Under the pieces are notes generated by a model, which was not told where the DNA came from, ran no database searches, and saw only the letters and a list, made by a program, of their open reading frames with translations. The position numbers were made by a program, and so were the translations under genes. A stretch of 43,127 bases of DNA, from NCBI GenBank assembly GCA_038153405.1, contig JAYOYH010000040.1:1-43127 (forward strand), in the 5' to 3' direction. Origin of the DNA: Gemmatimonadota bacterium (GTDB lineage: Bacteria > Latescibacterota > UBA2968 > UBA8231). Positions 18,695 to 27,150 of this stretch are shown one piece after another. Position 1 is the stretch's first letter. Every line of letters starts with the position of its first letter.

Positions 18695-19729
18695 CTACCG
18701 GTCGCTGCGCCCACCTATGCTCTGCTTGACCTGTCCCCACACATCGGACGACACCGCCGTCGACTTGCCCTGTGTTTCGATGCGGCCAAAGGTCAGCACC
18801 TGCCGCGACCAGGTCGAATTGACGATGCGGTAGTGCCAAAGCGGGTCGGCACTGCCGTCGCCGTCCACGTCAAATGCGGCATCGGCAACGGGGGCATCGG
18901 CCGGTACATTGAGTTTGAAAAATCCCTCGTCGCTGCCCGCCAGTTCGACGTAGGTGCGATATCCCATGCAGTTATCGCCGCTGACATCGAAGCCCGTGGC
19001 ACGCGCAAACGCAAAAAGGCGCTCGGGAATATAGGCGTCAAAGCGCGCCCGACCGCCTTCTTCAGAAACCCCCTTGGCCACTAGTCCAGCAACGAAGCCG
19101 GCAACCTCTGCCGCCGACGCCGTCTGCGGCAGTTCGTCTAAGCCCGGCGGCGCCAGATCGAGCCAGTGCATATCGCTGGTAAACACCGTGCCGCGAAAGT
19201 TGAGCGGTGAATCGGCCTCATTCGTCGTGAAGATCACCATGCCGAACGTGGCGCTAACCGCGTCGGGGTTGTTGCTCTCCGAAAGCACGGGGTCGGCGAC
19301 CGTCGCCCGCACCTCTATGCGCGTCGGAGAAACGGTGCGCACGCCCACTTCGTCGGCGATGAGGGCGATAAAGCTGATATGATCGCTTTCCTCCTTGTTG
19401 AAATAGAGCAACAATTCGGTGCCAGCGACTAGTGGGGAAGAGGACAAATCCGTCTGTTTTAGCGCGACTTGGTCGCCCTCTGGTAGTGCTGTGACAAAGG
19501 CAAAGATCTGAACGCCAGCTACGCCAATGACCGAACCGACGGGATTTCGGGCCCCGGGCAGCCCCAAGCTAGTAGACCCCACGCCCGTCTGCAGTTTAAC
19601 AAACGATTTGCCGTTGTACGTCGAAGCTCCCGGATCCCATACGAGGTCGCCACGCGCCGGCGCGACGCAGAATCCTCCGATGAGCAATAGAGCGCATACG
19701 AGTGAACTAGCCGCATTGCGATAGGACAT
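18695..19729 (-). CDS. Secreted hypothetical protein with C-terminal WGQVK tail
   Basis: Signal peptide MSYRNAASSLVCALLLIGGFCVAPARG; GGAG RBS; DVDGDG motif; ends STAVSSDVWGQVKQSIGGRSDR. Confidence 0.7.
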   Translation of the reverse strand: MSYRNAASSLVCALLLIGGFCVAPARGDLVWDPGASTYNGKSFVKLQTGVGSTSLGLPGARNPVGSVIGVAGVQIFAFVTALPEGDQVALKQTDLSSSPLVAGTELLLYFNKEESDHISFIALIADEVGVRTVSPTRIEVRATVADPVLSESNNPDAVSATFGMVIFTTNEADSPLNFRGTVFTSDMHWLDLAPPGLDELPQTASAAEVAGFVAGLVAKGVSEEGGRARFDAYIPERLFAFARATGFDVSGDNCMGYRTYVELAGSDEGFFKLNVPADAPVADAAFDVDGDGSADPLWHYRIVNSTWSRQVLTFGRIETQGKSTAVSSDVWGQVKQSIGGRSDR

Positions 19730-19798
19730 GGCTTTTCTCCCTCTGGTATTGGAATGTGAAATAGTCACCCCTGTAAAAAAGAAAGGTATCCGCACCTC

Positions 19799-19827
19799 TT
19801 GTATCAACTGCGGCACCAATGCATTAT
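19799..19827 (+). promoter_or_regulatory. Sigma70-like promoter, probably giving a leaderless mRNA
   Basis: TTGTAT-17-CATTAT ending 7 nt before ATG 19834. Confidence 0.4.
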
Positions 19828-19833
19828 ATGCGC

Positions 19834-20337
19834 ATGAAAAAATCGAGCGGCGATTTGAGCGGCGAAAAACGAAAAAAGAAACGCGTGCTACAGACCATCG
19901 GCTGGCGCGAGTGGATCGCCCTGCCCGACCTAGGCGTCGACGCAATTAAGGCAAAGGTAGACACAGGAGCGCGCTCCTCGGCGCTGCACGCCTTTGATCT
20001 GCAGCTTTTTGAGCAAAATGGCGCACGCTGGGCACAATTCGAAATCCACCCCCTACAGCACAGCACGCGGTGCGCCGTACAGGTCATCGCCGAAGTCGTA
20101 GCCGAACGCGCGGTGCGCTCGTCGAACGGCCGCCGCGAATGGCGACCCGTTATTTGCACGGACGTCGAGCTGCTGGGAAAGCGCTGGCCCATCGAGGTGA
20201 CACTCACCAACCGCGATGCCATGGGCTTCCGCATGCTGCTGGGCAGACAGGCGGTGCGGCGCCAGTTTCTCGTGCACGCCGGTCGCTCTTTTCTCGGCAG
20301 CGGAACACCTGCGAATACAGCGGCATCCAATAGGTAG
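19834..20337 (+). CDS. RimK-associated retropepsin-like putative protease (Zn_protease family)
   Basis: IGWREW, KAKVDTGARSSALHA, VRSSNG, LTNRDAMGFRMLLGR. Confidence 0.88.
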   Translation: MKKSSGDLSGEKRKKKRVLQTIGWREWIALPDLGVDAIKAKVDTGARSSALHAFDLQLFEQNGARWAQFEIHPLQHSTRCAVQVIAEVVAERAVRSSNGRREWRPVICTDVELLGKRWPIEVTLTNRDAMGFRMLLGRQAVRRQFLVHAGRSFLGSGTPANTAASNR

Positions 20338-20365
20338 ACGCTCACACCCCTTATAGGAGGACCCC

Positions 20366-20695
20366 ATGCGCAGCAAAGAAGAATTAACGGCGATGCTCAA
20401 GGCGCAATTTGCCAACGCGCGCGTGCGCGGAAAAATCATGGCACAGGCGCTCAAGGCGCGCGCCGATATAGCCGCAACGCGACGACGCCTGCGCGCGACC
20501 TTTGCCGAATTGGGCAAGGAAGTCTACGGCCGCATTGCCGGCGGTCAGATCGACAGCGACGCAGCGCTAGCCGACTTCGCAACGCGAATCGAAGGACTCC
20601 ACCTCGAACTGCGCCAGCGCGAAGAAGCGCTTGAAAAAATCGTCGCTACATCGCCCACTCCAACGCCCATAGCCGTTGGGGAAGACGCGCACTAA
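20366..20695 (+). CDS. Small coiled-coil hypothetical protein
   Basis: AGGAGG RBS; helical, FAELGKEVY motif. Confidence 0.65.
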   Translation: MRSKEELTAMLKAQFANARVRGKIMAQALKARADIAATRRRLRATFAELGKEVYGRIAGGQIDSDAALADFATRIEGLHLELRQREEALEKIVATSPTPTPIAVGEDAH

Positions 20696-20714
20696 TCCGC
20701 TGTTTAGGCCGCGC

Positions 20715-21494
20715 TCAGGGCTGCCAGAAACTCCAGCCGTCGCGCTTGTACCAGCGCTCGTTGCAGGCCGCACAGTCGCAGAGCGGGCGCAGCGCCAGAC
20801 GCGGCTGCCGCTGCGTGTTAAACGGCGCACCGTGCACCCATAGATGCTGAAAAAACAGAATATCGCCGCGCTGGGGCAGCAGTTCGACGGCTGGGCCAAG
20901 ATCGAGCTGGTTCAGTGACTGATTGAGTTCAAATAGATAGGCGTAGCGCTCGGGATCGGATTCGGCTAGTGCGCGCACGGCCCGATGCGAACCTGGCCAT
21001 CCGAGCGTGCCGCCGCCGTGCGGCTCGACGTCGCTCATATAGGCAATAAAAGCGATGCGGTAGGGCCCGGGAAAGGTCCGGTGGCGATTTTCTTTGGGAA
21101 TTCCATCGATATGTGGCCCCGGCGGCGTCCACGCTCGCTCCACGCACAGCAGGTTTTGCGTTTGCGCGCCGCGCGGTCGATGCATATCACACGCACCAAT
21201 AAGTAGCGATACCATGTCGATAAAGGCATCGCCAAAGCAGGCCAGCAGCGCATCAGCACGCAGGGCATAGTGCTCAAAAAGGCCGCGTTCGGCGTAGTGC
21301 ATATGAGGTTTTTGCAGCGTCTCGGCATCGCCGTCCATGCCCGGCAATTGGCACATATAGCTGGCGGCTCCCGCACTCACACTGTCATCAATTAGCCCCG
21401 AGAGCAGCAAAAAACCCTCTTCTTCGTACTGCTGGCGCAGCACGGCGCTCGGCCGGTCAGCCGGCGTGGCGCGCCGCATCTGTATGTCTGGCAT
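20715..21494 (-). CDS. Phytanoyl-CoA dioxygenase (PhyH) family protein
   Basis: YEEEGFLL, PHID, WPGSH, GDILFFQHLWVH, PRLAL. Confidence 0.87.
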   Translation of the reverse strand: MPDIQMRRATPADRPSAVLRQQYEEEGFLLLSGLIDDSVSAGAASYMCQLPGMDGDAETLQKPHMHYAERGLFEHYALRADALLACFGDAFIDMVSLLIGACDMHRPRGAQTQNLLCVERAWTPPGPHIDGIPKENRHRTFPGPYRIAFIAYMSDVEPHGGGTLGWPGSHRAVRALAESDPERYAYLFELNQSLNQLDLGPAVELLPQRGDILFFQHLWVHGAPFNTQRQPRLALRPLCDCAACNERWYKRDGWSFWQP

Positions 21495-21685
21495 GGTAAC
21501 CTTCCCTTCAATAAACGACTCGGAAGTGTCCAATTATAGGATAGTGCCTACATTATTAAAATGCTGCAAAGACGTCTATACCGCACTGCTTTCAGTGCGA
21601 TCATCACAGGTACTCACATCGCGTTGCCGAGCACACGAATAGAAATATCGCACTCCGTTGGTTTCCATCGTCTAGGATCCGTGCA

Positions 21686-23410
21686 TTGAAAGGCGCAGAA
21701 GATTTCTCCACGGCTTCTTGTAAGACCCTCTTCGCCCAACCGCGCTTTGTCGCCCTGTGCGCAGCCGCGCTAATTGCCGCATGGGGCGGGTGGAAACTGT
21801 TCTGGTTTCTAACAGACGACGCCTTTATCGCCTTTCGCTACGTCAGCAACAGCATGCTAGGCTACGGCTTGGTGTGGAATCCACCGCCCTTTCGACCGGT
21901 CGAGGGCTACACATGTCTACTGTGGGTCCTGCTCTTAGAAGGCGTCTGGCGGCTGACCGGCTGGACGCCCCCCGAAGTGGCCAACCACATCCTTCTGCTC
22001 TTCGGCTACGGATCGCTGGCCCTATGCGCGCTCTTCGTAGGGCGCATGCACTTGCCGTCTGCCCTGGTGAGACACCGCCTCGCCCTGCTGGCATGGGTCT
22101 TTGTCGGCGTCCTAAGCAATCGAACCTTTATGACCTGGCTCAGTTCGGGATTGGAAACCGCGCTGTTCAACTTCCTGCTCACCTGGTGGATATACAGTGG
22201 GCTGACAGCGCGCAGCCAGCGCGGTCCGCATTGGGTCGCGAGCATCTGTAGCAGCGTGGTGCTAACGACGCTAACCCGGCCCGACGGACTGCTTTTCCTG
22301 CTCGCCACGCTGGTCATGCTCGTCTTGCACGCCGTCGAGTGGGAGAATCGTCTGCACATCCATTGGCACAGGCTACGACTGGCTTTCCCCCTACTAGTCC
22401 TTCCCTTGCACCTGCTCTGGCGCCGATCTTATTACGGCGAATGGCTCCCCAACACGTACTACGCCAAATACGTCGAACCCTGGCCCGAAAGCGGCGTGCG
22501 CTACCTGGCATCGTTTGTCGTGGAATACGCGCTGTGGTTCTGGGTAATCATCGCTCTGTGGTGGCTGGCGCGCAGCGCACGCACTTGGGCGGGCGACTGG
22601 CCAGCGCGCGTTTACGAGCACCATGCTTCACTGCTGGTTATCGGCGCCGTCGGCGCCCACGTCGGATACTACACGCTGAAAATCGGCGGCGACCACTTTG
22701 AATATCGCGTATTCAGCTACCTGATACCGCTGGCGCACCTATCGGCGATTTGGCTGCTGGCGCGCACGGTGCATAGCATGCGCGCCGTGCACGTCGGCAT
22801 GGCGCTGCTGTGGCTGCTCTCGCTGCCCATCCCCTGGTTGCACTGGCAGGAAACGCGCCATCTGACTACGCGCGGCGAAACGTTTATGATGACTCGCCCC
22901 ATCGCCCACCGATTTCCCATTCCCCTGCAGCCGATCGTAGCGCGCTGGGACGAATGGCAGCGCTGGCTCATTAGCCACTCCGTGTGCATGCGGCATCAGG
23001 AGCATAAGGTATTCTGGCTGGAGGGGGTAAATGCTTGGCCGCCACGAGAGGTGGGAAGCCGGTTCCGCTGGGAACCCGAACGCTTAGTAACTGCAATGTA
23101 CTCTGTAGGTGTAGCAAGTTGGATCTTACCGCAAGTGGCCATCATTGATAAACACGGCCTCAACGATTGGGTCATCGCGCGCAACCCCATCATCCGAAAA
23201 GAGCGCCATATGGCCCACTCGCGAGTACCCATCATAGAATATATAACTTGCTTTCAGCCCAACTTTTTTATCAATAACATGGGCAAGGCAACGATAGAGA
23301 GGCGCCCGCTCCCCGACGAGGTCATACGCGGGTGTGAAACACATGATTGGTTGGCACTGGCAACAGCGGAAGCAGAACGGATGCGACTTGAAGAAGAAAA
23401 TGACCAATAG
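21686..23410 (+). CDS. GT-C fold membrane glycosyltransferase (AftB-like)
   Basis: DDAFIAFRY, VEGYT, SGLET, TRPDG, PNTYYAK, GGDHF.YR, ID.HGLND; many TM helices; start codon uncertain. Confidence 0.78.
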   Translation: MKGAEDFSTASCKTLFAQPRFVALCAAALIAAWGGWKLFWFLTDDAFIAFRYVSNSMLGYGLVWNPPPFRPVEGYTCLLWVLLLEGVWRLTGWTPPEVANHILLLFGYGSLALCALFVGRMHLPSALVRHRLALLAWVFVGVLSNRTFMTWLSSGLETALFNFLLTWWIYSGLTARSQRGPHWVASICSSVVLTTLTRPDGLLFLLATLVMLVLHAVEWENRLHIHWHRLRLAFPLLVLPLHLLWRRSYYGEWLPNTYYAKYVEPWPESGVRYLASFVVEYALWFWVIIALWWLARSARTWAGDWPARVYEHHASLLVIGAVGAHVGYYTLKIGGDHFEYRVFSYLIPLAHLSAIWLLARTVHSMRAVHVGMALLWLLSLPIPWLHWQETRHLTTRGETFMMTRPIAHRFPIPLQPIVARWDEWQRWLISHSVCMRHQEHKVFWLEGVNAWPPREVGSRFRWEPERLVTAMYSVGVASWILPQVAIIDKHGLNDWVIARNPIIRKERHMAHSRVPIIEYITCFQPNFFINNMGKATIERRPLPDEVIRGCETHDWLALATAEAERMRLEEENDQ

Positions 23411-24506
23411 ATCAGCCCGCGTGCTGCACGCCTGTTGTGCGTGTGTATATGCGCTCATTGCCTTGACCAGTTGCAGCGGCGAAAACGGCGTCTCGCAAGA
23501 CGTAGACAGCGGCGGCTGCGAAACGCGCATCCTCAACGGCAACTATATCATACGCTCCGTCCGCGATATCGACGCATTAGAGCGCGCAGGCGGATGCAGT
23601 TACACCATTGCCGGCCATTTGGAAATTACCGAGGTGCTCGTAAAGTCGCTGGACGGCCTGGCCGATCTGGGCGCGGTCAACGGCGATATCCGCATTTACA
23701 ACAACGAAGAGCTGCAGCGCTTTGAGGGCTTGGCCGATCTGACCACGGTGGGCGGCAGCGTATATATCTACGACAACGAAGAGCTAACCTCAATCGAAGG
23801 ATTGTTTATCCAAACGGTCAGCGGCGACGTGCAAATTCACCACAACGAAAAGCTCTTGGATATCGCCGCGCTTTCCAAGCTGGTTAGCGCGGGGGGCAGC
23901 GTGCATATCCACAACAACAACCGATTGGCCAATATAGAGGATTTGTTCAACTTAGAACGCGTCGAAGGAAACTTGCTGATTGAATTTAACCCAGCCATCG
24001 AACAGGTAGAAGACCTGTCAAAGTTGACGACGGTCGGAGGCGATCTGGCAATCGAAAACAACTTTGCTCTGGAAGTGATCGAAGACATCTCGGGGCTGCA
24101 ATCGGTCGGCGGCAACCTGCGCATTGGGCGCAATGCCACCTTGGACCGCTTGGAAAATATGACCGGGCTGGCCAGCGTGGGCGGCGACCTGAGCATCTAC
24201 AGCAACGAGCGCCTCACCAGCGTAAGCGGCCTGTCAAATTTGCAAACAGTCGGCGGCAGCCTCAACGTCTACAACAACGAAAAACTAACCAGCCTGCAGG
24301 GACTAAATGCGCTGGCCGAGGTGGGCAACGACCTGAATATTTACGATAACAATCGACTGCAGAGCGTTGCCGGTTTAGCGGATCTCACGCGCATCGGCGG
24401 CAACTTCTTCGTCGTCGACAATCCCGGACTCCCAACGCGGGAAGCGGAAGAGCTAGCCGATCGCGTGGCCTCGCGTGAAGTGTCGATCCTCAACAACGGC
24501 AATTGA
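23400..24506 (+). CDS. Leucine-rich repeat (receptor L-domain-like) lipoprotein
   Basis: Lipobox LTSC, then 11 ~24-aa repeats; ATG 23400 overlaps end of GT-C gene. Confidence 0.8.
   Translation: MTNRSARVLHACCACVYALIALTSCSGENGVSQDVDSGGCETRILNGNYIIRSVRDIDALERAGGCSYTIAGHLEITEVLVKSLDGLADLGAVNGDIRIYNNEELQRFEGLADLTTVGGSVYIYDNEELTSIEGLFIQTVSGDVQIHHNEKLLDIAALSKLVSAGGSVHIHNNNRLANIEDLFNLERVEGNLLIEFNPAIEQVEDLSKLTTVGGDLAIENNFALEVIEDISGLQSVGGNLRIGRNATLDRLENMTGLASVGGDLSIYSNERLTSVSGLSNLQTVGGSLNVYNNEKLTSLQGLNALAEVGNDLNIYDNNRLQSVAGLADLTRIGGNFFVVDNPGLPTREAEELADRVASREVSILNNGN
23649..24437 (+). repeat. 11 degenerate intragenic 72-nt (24-aa) repeats, one of them 23 aa
   Basis: Consensus approx. L.GL..L..VGG.L.IY.N..L.. 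from LDGLADL to NPGLPT (263 aa). Confidence 0.85.
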
Positions 24507-24513
24507 GCGATAC

Positions 24514-24987
24514 TTAAGGCGACTCGGCTGCATTTGACTCGATGCCGAGCAGCTCGATTTCAAATACCAGTACTGCACATCCGGGAATATCAAACTTCTT
24601 GCCCTTTCGTCCGTAGGCTAGGGCGGGGGGAATGGTCAGCTTGGCCTTGCCGCCGTTTTTCATCATCTGTAGCCCCTCGACCCAGCCCGGAATGGCCTGC
24701 TCCAGAGATATCTTGCGCGGACTGCGATAGGTCGCCGTATAGTCGAAGACCGTGCTGTCGGTGAGCATGCCCGTATAGCGCACAAAGACCTTATCGGTAG
24801 GACCGGGGCTGGGCCCAAGCCCGGCCTTGAGCTCTTCAAAAATCAGGCCCGAGGGTGTGCGCACCGCGCCGGGCGCCGCCGCTGCCGCATCGAGAAACGC
24901 GGCGTCAACTTGCTCTGCGCAGGGATCGCCGCAGCTTATCAGCGCCGCAGCTAGAGGAATGAGAGTGGAGGCGAGCATTGGGTGCAT
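24514..24987 (-). CDS. FKBP-type peptidyl-prolyl isomerase, probable lipoprotein
   Basis: LISC lipobox; TPSGL, VRYTGML, IPGWVEGL, IPPALAYG, LVFEIELL. Confidence 0.92.
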   Translation of the reverse strand: MHPMLASTLIPLAAALISCGDPCAEQVDAAFLDAAAAAPGAVRTPSGLIFEELKAGLGPSPGPTDKVFVRYTGMLTDSTVFDYTATYRSPRKISLEQAIPGWVEGLQMMKNGGKAKLTIPPALAYGRKGKKFDIPGCAVLVFEIELLGIESNAAESP

Positions 24988-25022
24988 AGGTCTTCTCCCG
25001 ATATAGCGTTGTGCTGTATGCG

Positions 25023-25895
25023 CTAGTGCTCTGGCGCCATGCGGCGCAGCACTTCAATGACGGCGGCGTTGTCCCATTCGCCTAGACCCTCGGCCAGACC
25101 GCGGCTGAGCACCTGCGCATGCACTTCACTCAGCGGTAGCGGGGCGGCACTGCGGGCGGCCAGGGCCCGTATTAACTCGACGTCTTTGGCATGCTGGGCA
25201 AGGCGGGCCTGAGGAGCGAATTGGCCGTCGACCATCTTCTGGCCTTTGTGGTCCATGACGCGCGAATACGCCGCACCCGCTTTGAGCACATCGAGCAGCG
25301 CATTGAGGTCAATGCCGGCGCGCTGACCGAGCACCAGTCCTTCGGCCAGCACTAACCGGTTGAGCCCCAGTACCAGATTTACGACGAGCTTGGCTTCGGC
25401 CCCTTTGCCGTTGGCGCCCATGTGAAACGCCGCGCGCGCAAATGCATTGAATACCTCGTCGCATGCGCGCACGTCCGCCGCATCGCCGCCGGCCATAACC
25501 AGCGCTTCGCCCTCGCGCACCTGTTGGCTAGAACCGAGAATAGTCGCATCGACAAATCGAATCCGACGCGCGCGCAGGCGCTGTGCCAGGGACACCGTGG
25601 CAAGCGGATCGGCCGTCGTCGTATCTACCAACACATCGCCAACCCGCAAAGCGCCCAGTAGACCACCGCGCCCAACCACTACGTCGTTTACCGCGGCCGA
25701 ATCGGGCAGCGATAGCACCACGCGCCGCGCGCGCGCCGCAACCTCTGCCGGCGAGGCACATACTTCCACGCCCAGGCGCCCTGCGCGCGCTAGCGCCTCG
25801 CCGTCGATATCAAACCCGCATAGAGGCCATCCGGCATTCACAAAGCGCTCGCAGAGCGCCGAGCCGACTAGGCCCAATCCAATGATGCCCAACAT
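25023..25895 (-). CDS. 3-hydroxyisobutyrate dehydrogenase-family NAD(P)-dependent oxidoreductase
   Basis: GIIGLGLVG, FVDATILG, MAGG, AKLVVN, HAKDV. Confidence 0.9.
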   Translation of the reverse strand: MLGIIGLGLVGSALCERFVNAGWPLCGFDIDGEALARAGRLGVEVCASPAEVAARARRVVLSLPDSAAVNDVVVGRGGLLGALRVGDVLVDTTTADPLATVSLAQRLRARRIRFVDATILGSSQQVREGEALVMAGGDAADVRACDEVFNAFARAAFHMGANGKGAEAKLVVNLVLGLNRLVLAEGLVLGQRAGIDLNALLDVLKAGAAYSRVMDHKGQKMVDGQFAPQARLAQHAKDVELIRALAARSAAPLPLSEVHAQVLSRGLAEGLGEWDNAAVIEVLRRMAPEH

Positions 25896-25982
25896 AAGCC
25901 GTTCCCTTTCTCGGCAATACTAAATAGCGCACGGCGGACGGGCAACGTAGCGCGCATACCCACGGCAACATAGCTTAGAGGC

Positions 25983-27080
25983 ATGGACTTCTACAGAGCG
26001 ATCGCTCGGCCGCTGCTCTTCTCATGCGACGCCGAATGGATACACAACCGCGCACTCGATGCCAGCGCCGCGCTCGGCGCCAATAGGCTGGGGCGAACGC
26101 TGCTGCACGGCTTGTTTGCTCACGATGACCAGCGCCTGCACACGCGCGTGGCCGGCCTATCCTTTGCCAACCCCTTGGGTTTGGCCGCCGGCTTTGACAA
26201 AAACGGACGAGCCATACGCGCGCTCGATGCGCTGGGCTTTGGCTTCGTCGAGGTAGGTTCGGTTTCGGCGCACCCCTCTCGAGGCAACGCCAAACCGCGC
26301 CTCTTTCGCTTGCCGAGCGATGAGGCCATCGTCGTTAACTACGGCGTGCCCAACGACGGAGCACAAGTCGTCGCCCACCGCGTGCGCAACGGCAAGCTAA
26401 ACGGCCTTCTCGGCATCAACCTAGTCGAAACCAATACGGGCTGTGCGCTCGAAAACGATGCCGTCATCGACGAGTTCGTCGAGGCGGTCCGCCCCTTCTG
26501 CGGCGTGGCCGACTACATCGCCCTCAACCTAAATTGTCCCAACACTACAGGCGGTCGCAGCCCCTTTGACGATGCGTCCTTGCTGCGCATGCTCATGTTG
26601 GAGTACGCGCACATTGAGTCGCTGCCCCCGGTGTTCCTAAAGTTTACCGCACACGCCGATGGGGCGCGCATGGACGCCATGCTCGAGGCCATAGAGGGCT
26701 GCGATTTTGTTCGGGGTTTTATATTCAACCTGCCGTCGGGTACCAACTACCCGCTGCGCTCACCGACAGCGATCGTAGAGCGCATGCCGGGCACGCTGTG
26801 CGGACCGCCCACGCAGGAGCGCATGGACGAGGCGCTGCGCTTCTGGTATCGCCACATAGACCGCCAGCGCCATGTCATCATTGGCTCAGGCGGAGTGCGC
26901 ACAGCGGCAGATGCCTATCGCAAGATCCGCCTCGGCGCCTCGCTCGTACAGCTCTATACGGCACTGGTCTACCGCGGTCCGTCTCTAGTGCGACAGATAA
27001 ACCGCGGCCTGGTCGACTGTTTACAGCGCGACGGTCTGCACCGCATTAGCGATGCGGTTGGTTTGGACAACGGGCGCTGA
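25983..27080 (+). CDS. pyrD: Quinone-type (class 2) dihydroorotate dehydrogenase-like, divergent
   Basis: N-terminal RPLLF..DAE..H, NPLGLAAGFDKNG, GNAKPRLFRL, CPNT, GASLVQLYTALVYRGP. Confidence 0.82.
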   Translation: MDFYRAIARPLLFSCDAEWIHNRALDASAALGANRLGRTLLHGLFAHDDQRLHTRVAGLSFANPLGLAAGFDKNGRAIRALDALGFGFVEVGSVSAHPSRGNAKPRLFRLPSDEAIVVNYGVPNDGAQVVAHRVRNGKLNGLLGINLVETNTGCALENDAVIDEFVEAVRPFCGVADYIALNLNCPNTTGGRSPFDDASLLRMLMLEYAHIESLPPVFLKFTAHADGARMDAMLEAIEGCDFVRGFIFNLPSGTNYPLRSPTAIVERMPGTLCGPPTQERMDEALRFWYRHIDRQRHVIIGSGGVRTAADAYRKIRLGASLVQLYTALVYRGPSLVRQINRGLVDCLQRDGLHRISDAVGLDNGR

Positions 27081-27092
27081 GACACCGACCAT

Positions 27093-27131
27093 AAAAAAGC
27101 GCTGCGCCGAAATAGTACCCGGCGCAGCGCT
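27093..27131 (-). terminator. Intrinsic terminator of the lactonase gene (between convergent genes)
   Basis: 12-bp stem AGCGCTGCGCCG/CGGCGCAGCGCT followed on the - strand by a T-run. Confidence 0.8.
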
Positions 27132-27150
27132 AACGTCGACTTCTATCGAT

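Noticed and set aside
21495..21685. AT-rich stretch as an island boundary
   Set aside because: No integrase, tRNA or direct repeats; fits an ordinary divergent promoter region
23010..24437. Diversity-generating retroelement target or CRISPR-like repeats
   Set aside because: No reverse transcriptase, template repeat, cas gene or identical spaced repeats; the repeats are degenerate and protein-coding
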